From Guillardia theta CCMP2712 (lineage: Eukaryota > Protista > Cryptophyta), in contig NW_005434565.1 in NCBI RefSeq assembly GCF_000315625.1, positions 112,374 to 176,373 of the forward strand: a stretch of 64,000 bases of DNA. The letters are read 5' to 3'. This document shows, in pieces, positions 62,122 through 64,000 of the stretch. A program made the position numbers and the translations under genes. Position 1 is the stretch's first letter. Every line of letters begins with the position of its first letter. Under the pieces are notes generated by a model. The model searched no databases, had not been told where the DNA came from, and saw nothing but the letters and a program-made list of their open reading frames with translations.

Positions 62122-63239
62122 TGGGGTCAAACTTCAAATCGCTTCAAACCAGGAAGGGATTATTCCATCTGCAGAGATAAATGTTAGACCATGATAAAAT
62201 CAGCAAGCTGCCAAGATTTCACTTCCATGATTCATCTCTTGTAACATAAGGATCCGTTGAACTAAACCTGTCCACTAAATCCTGCTCCATGCGACAATTC
62301 CACGCTGAATAAAGTTTGCTGTAACTAGCTGCTTTCGCATAATCATTCATAACCTCTTATTCACGCCCCCTCCTACTCTTTTACAAAGTTTCTTGTGGTA
62401 CATTTACCTTAGAACATCTGTCAACCATCTCCTGCCCCTCCTACCATACGCTACCAAGGCTCACCCTGCTAATCTTTCTGCATGCTTCGGCTTCAGCAAT
62501 CTACCTTTCTTTGCCTGGCATTTCTTTTGTTCCAGCATCATCCTCTTCACCTCCCCTTCCTCTCCCCCTCCTCCCCTCCCTTCCTTCCCCACCATTGCCA
62601 TTCCTCTTCCTCGCAGCGCTGGCGGGCGACGAGCGGAAGGGCAGGGGGGTGATATGTCATGGGTGGGTTACACGAAATCTTTTAAGATGATTCTAAATTA
62701 TGAGATTTTGAGTTGCAATTGCCTCCTAATATTCAAATAAAATTTGAATATTTTGTCTAAAACTCCCATCGAAGGGGTGGGTAGTGAATTTAGTAGGGTC
62801 CTTTGGGGGTGGAGGGCTCATGATTTAAAAAAACCGATAAATAGTTTTATATCTGTATACACTATTTATAAATTTATATGATATTGTACTAACAATAGCA
62901 ACTAATGGACTGATATTTTCCATAAATAAGTCGAGTAATATTAAAAAGATGTAAATAGTACACGGATATCAAATTTCGTACGATTTACTACCAAGTTTTT
63001 TCAATAGAAATTTTGAACATGGCTCTATTTAAAATACTAAAATAATGATAACTAAACCTCATGGTAGTTAACCCTTCCACTTTTCGAAGTTTCGGCCCCA
63101 GAACGTCCAAACTTTCAGAAATTTCGCCACTGAAGTCTCAAAGTTTCACCGATCGGCGGCAGCCGGGCCCGGGCCGGGTCCCCGGGCCCGGGCCGCCGGG
63201 CGCAGCAGCAGGTAAAAGGCAACTTGTGCCTGTACAGGT

Positions 63240-64000
63240 GCTCTCGGACATGTTGCAGATGTCTCTGAATTGATACAAGTACTTCACACTATCAAACAAA
63301 ATCCCTCGGGGCCCCGGACGCTCAGGTTGAGTTGCTCCGCGTCGCCTCCTATGCTCATGTGGTAGTTCGTACAGCCACGTCGTGAAGGAGATACGCAATA
63401 AAGATGTGCAGAGCCCCAGCATACATGGCGAGGATGAGGACGATCTGTGAGTACGAGTGAGGATAGAAGAGTAGAAGAGTAGGGGGAGACAGGCAAGAGG
63501 AGCACAAGGAGCTGGGATGAGGGGAAGGGGGTAATCTCGGAACAACACGGTGGGTGCCGCGGCGCTAGAGGAGCAAGTGGGGAGTTACTGAGGTGAAAAG
63601 GCTGACCGGCCATGGGCTGCGCAGGTCCCTGCGAATGCGGAAGAGAGAGATGCCGATGTTGCGGATGAGGGAGAGGAGGGCGCGCCGGAGACCACTGCAA
63701 GAGAGAGGGGAGAGTCAGTGAGCCACTGGTGGAAAACAAACAGGAAGAGGAGCCGTGGAGTAGATGCAAGAATCTGAGGAGGGGGGGAGGGAGGGAGGGA
63801 GGGAGAGAAGGGAGGAAGGGAAGGGAGAGAAGGGAGGAAGGGAAGGGAGAGAAGGGAGGAAGGGAGGGGGGGGGAGAGAAGGGAGGAGAGACCTGGCCTC
63901 GACCAAGAGACTTTCACAGTTGTCTCGCTCCACATGCTGCATCCGCTCGCAGTGCCGGCAGTGTTGGTTTGACTTTCCCCCCATGGAGCTCACCATGTTC
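63240..64000 (-). CDS. Probable 3' part of a multi-exon gene entering from the right edge (hydrophobic C-terminus)
   Basis: Spliceable pieces HVERDNCESLLVEA|...GLRRALLSLIRNIGISLFRIRRDLRSPW and IVLILAMYAGALHIFIAYLLHDVA. Frame joins and stop are uncertain. Confidence 0.35.

Overview
Gene-dense eukaryotic nuclear DNA. Many introns are short (~45-55 nt) GT-AG or GC-AG, some longer introns are filled with purine/pyrimidine microsatellite, and intergenic spacers are short. The style suggests a cryptophyte such as Guillardia theta (inference, not checked). About 15 protein-coding genes were read manually, and exon boundaries are partly inferred. In order: an MFS-like membrane protein, CWC25, axonemal dynein heavy chain DNAH2/DHC10 (12.9-kb terminal exon), an EDRF1-like protein, a NIMA/NEK kinase, a CAP-Gly + HDAC6-type deacetylase fusion, a signal-peptide multi-FKBP/TPR-like protein, a beta-helix/Gly-rich/EF-hand protein, OXA1, two hypothetical proteins, a bacterial-type DUF2779 nuclease with many introns, POLE2/DPB2, a coiled-coil PDZ protein, CAF1/CNOT7, and a partial gene at the right end. 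Most notable: (1) a TBCB-type CAP-Gly domain fused to an intact HDAC6-CD2-like domain, a candidate tubulin-tail-targeted deacetylase; (2) a DPB2 C-terminal tail with a canonical PIP box; (3) a circularly permuted ALK/LTK-type glycine-rich domain apparently inserted in a beta-helix; (4) the intron-bearing DUF2779 gene; (5) recurrent GGGGT(G/A)G motif clusters and hairpins upstream of genes. No rRNA, tRNA, CRISPR array or autonomous transposon was recognised.
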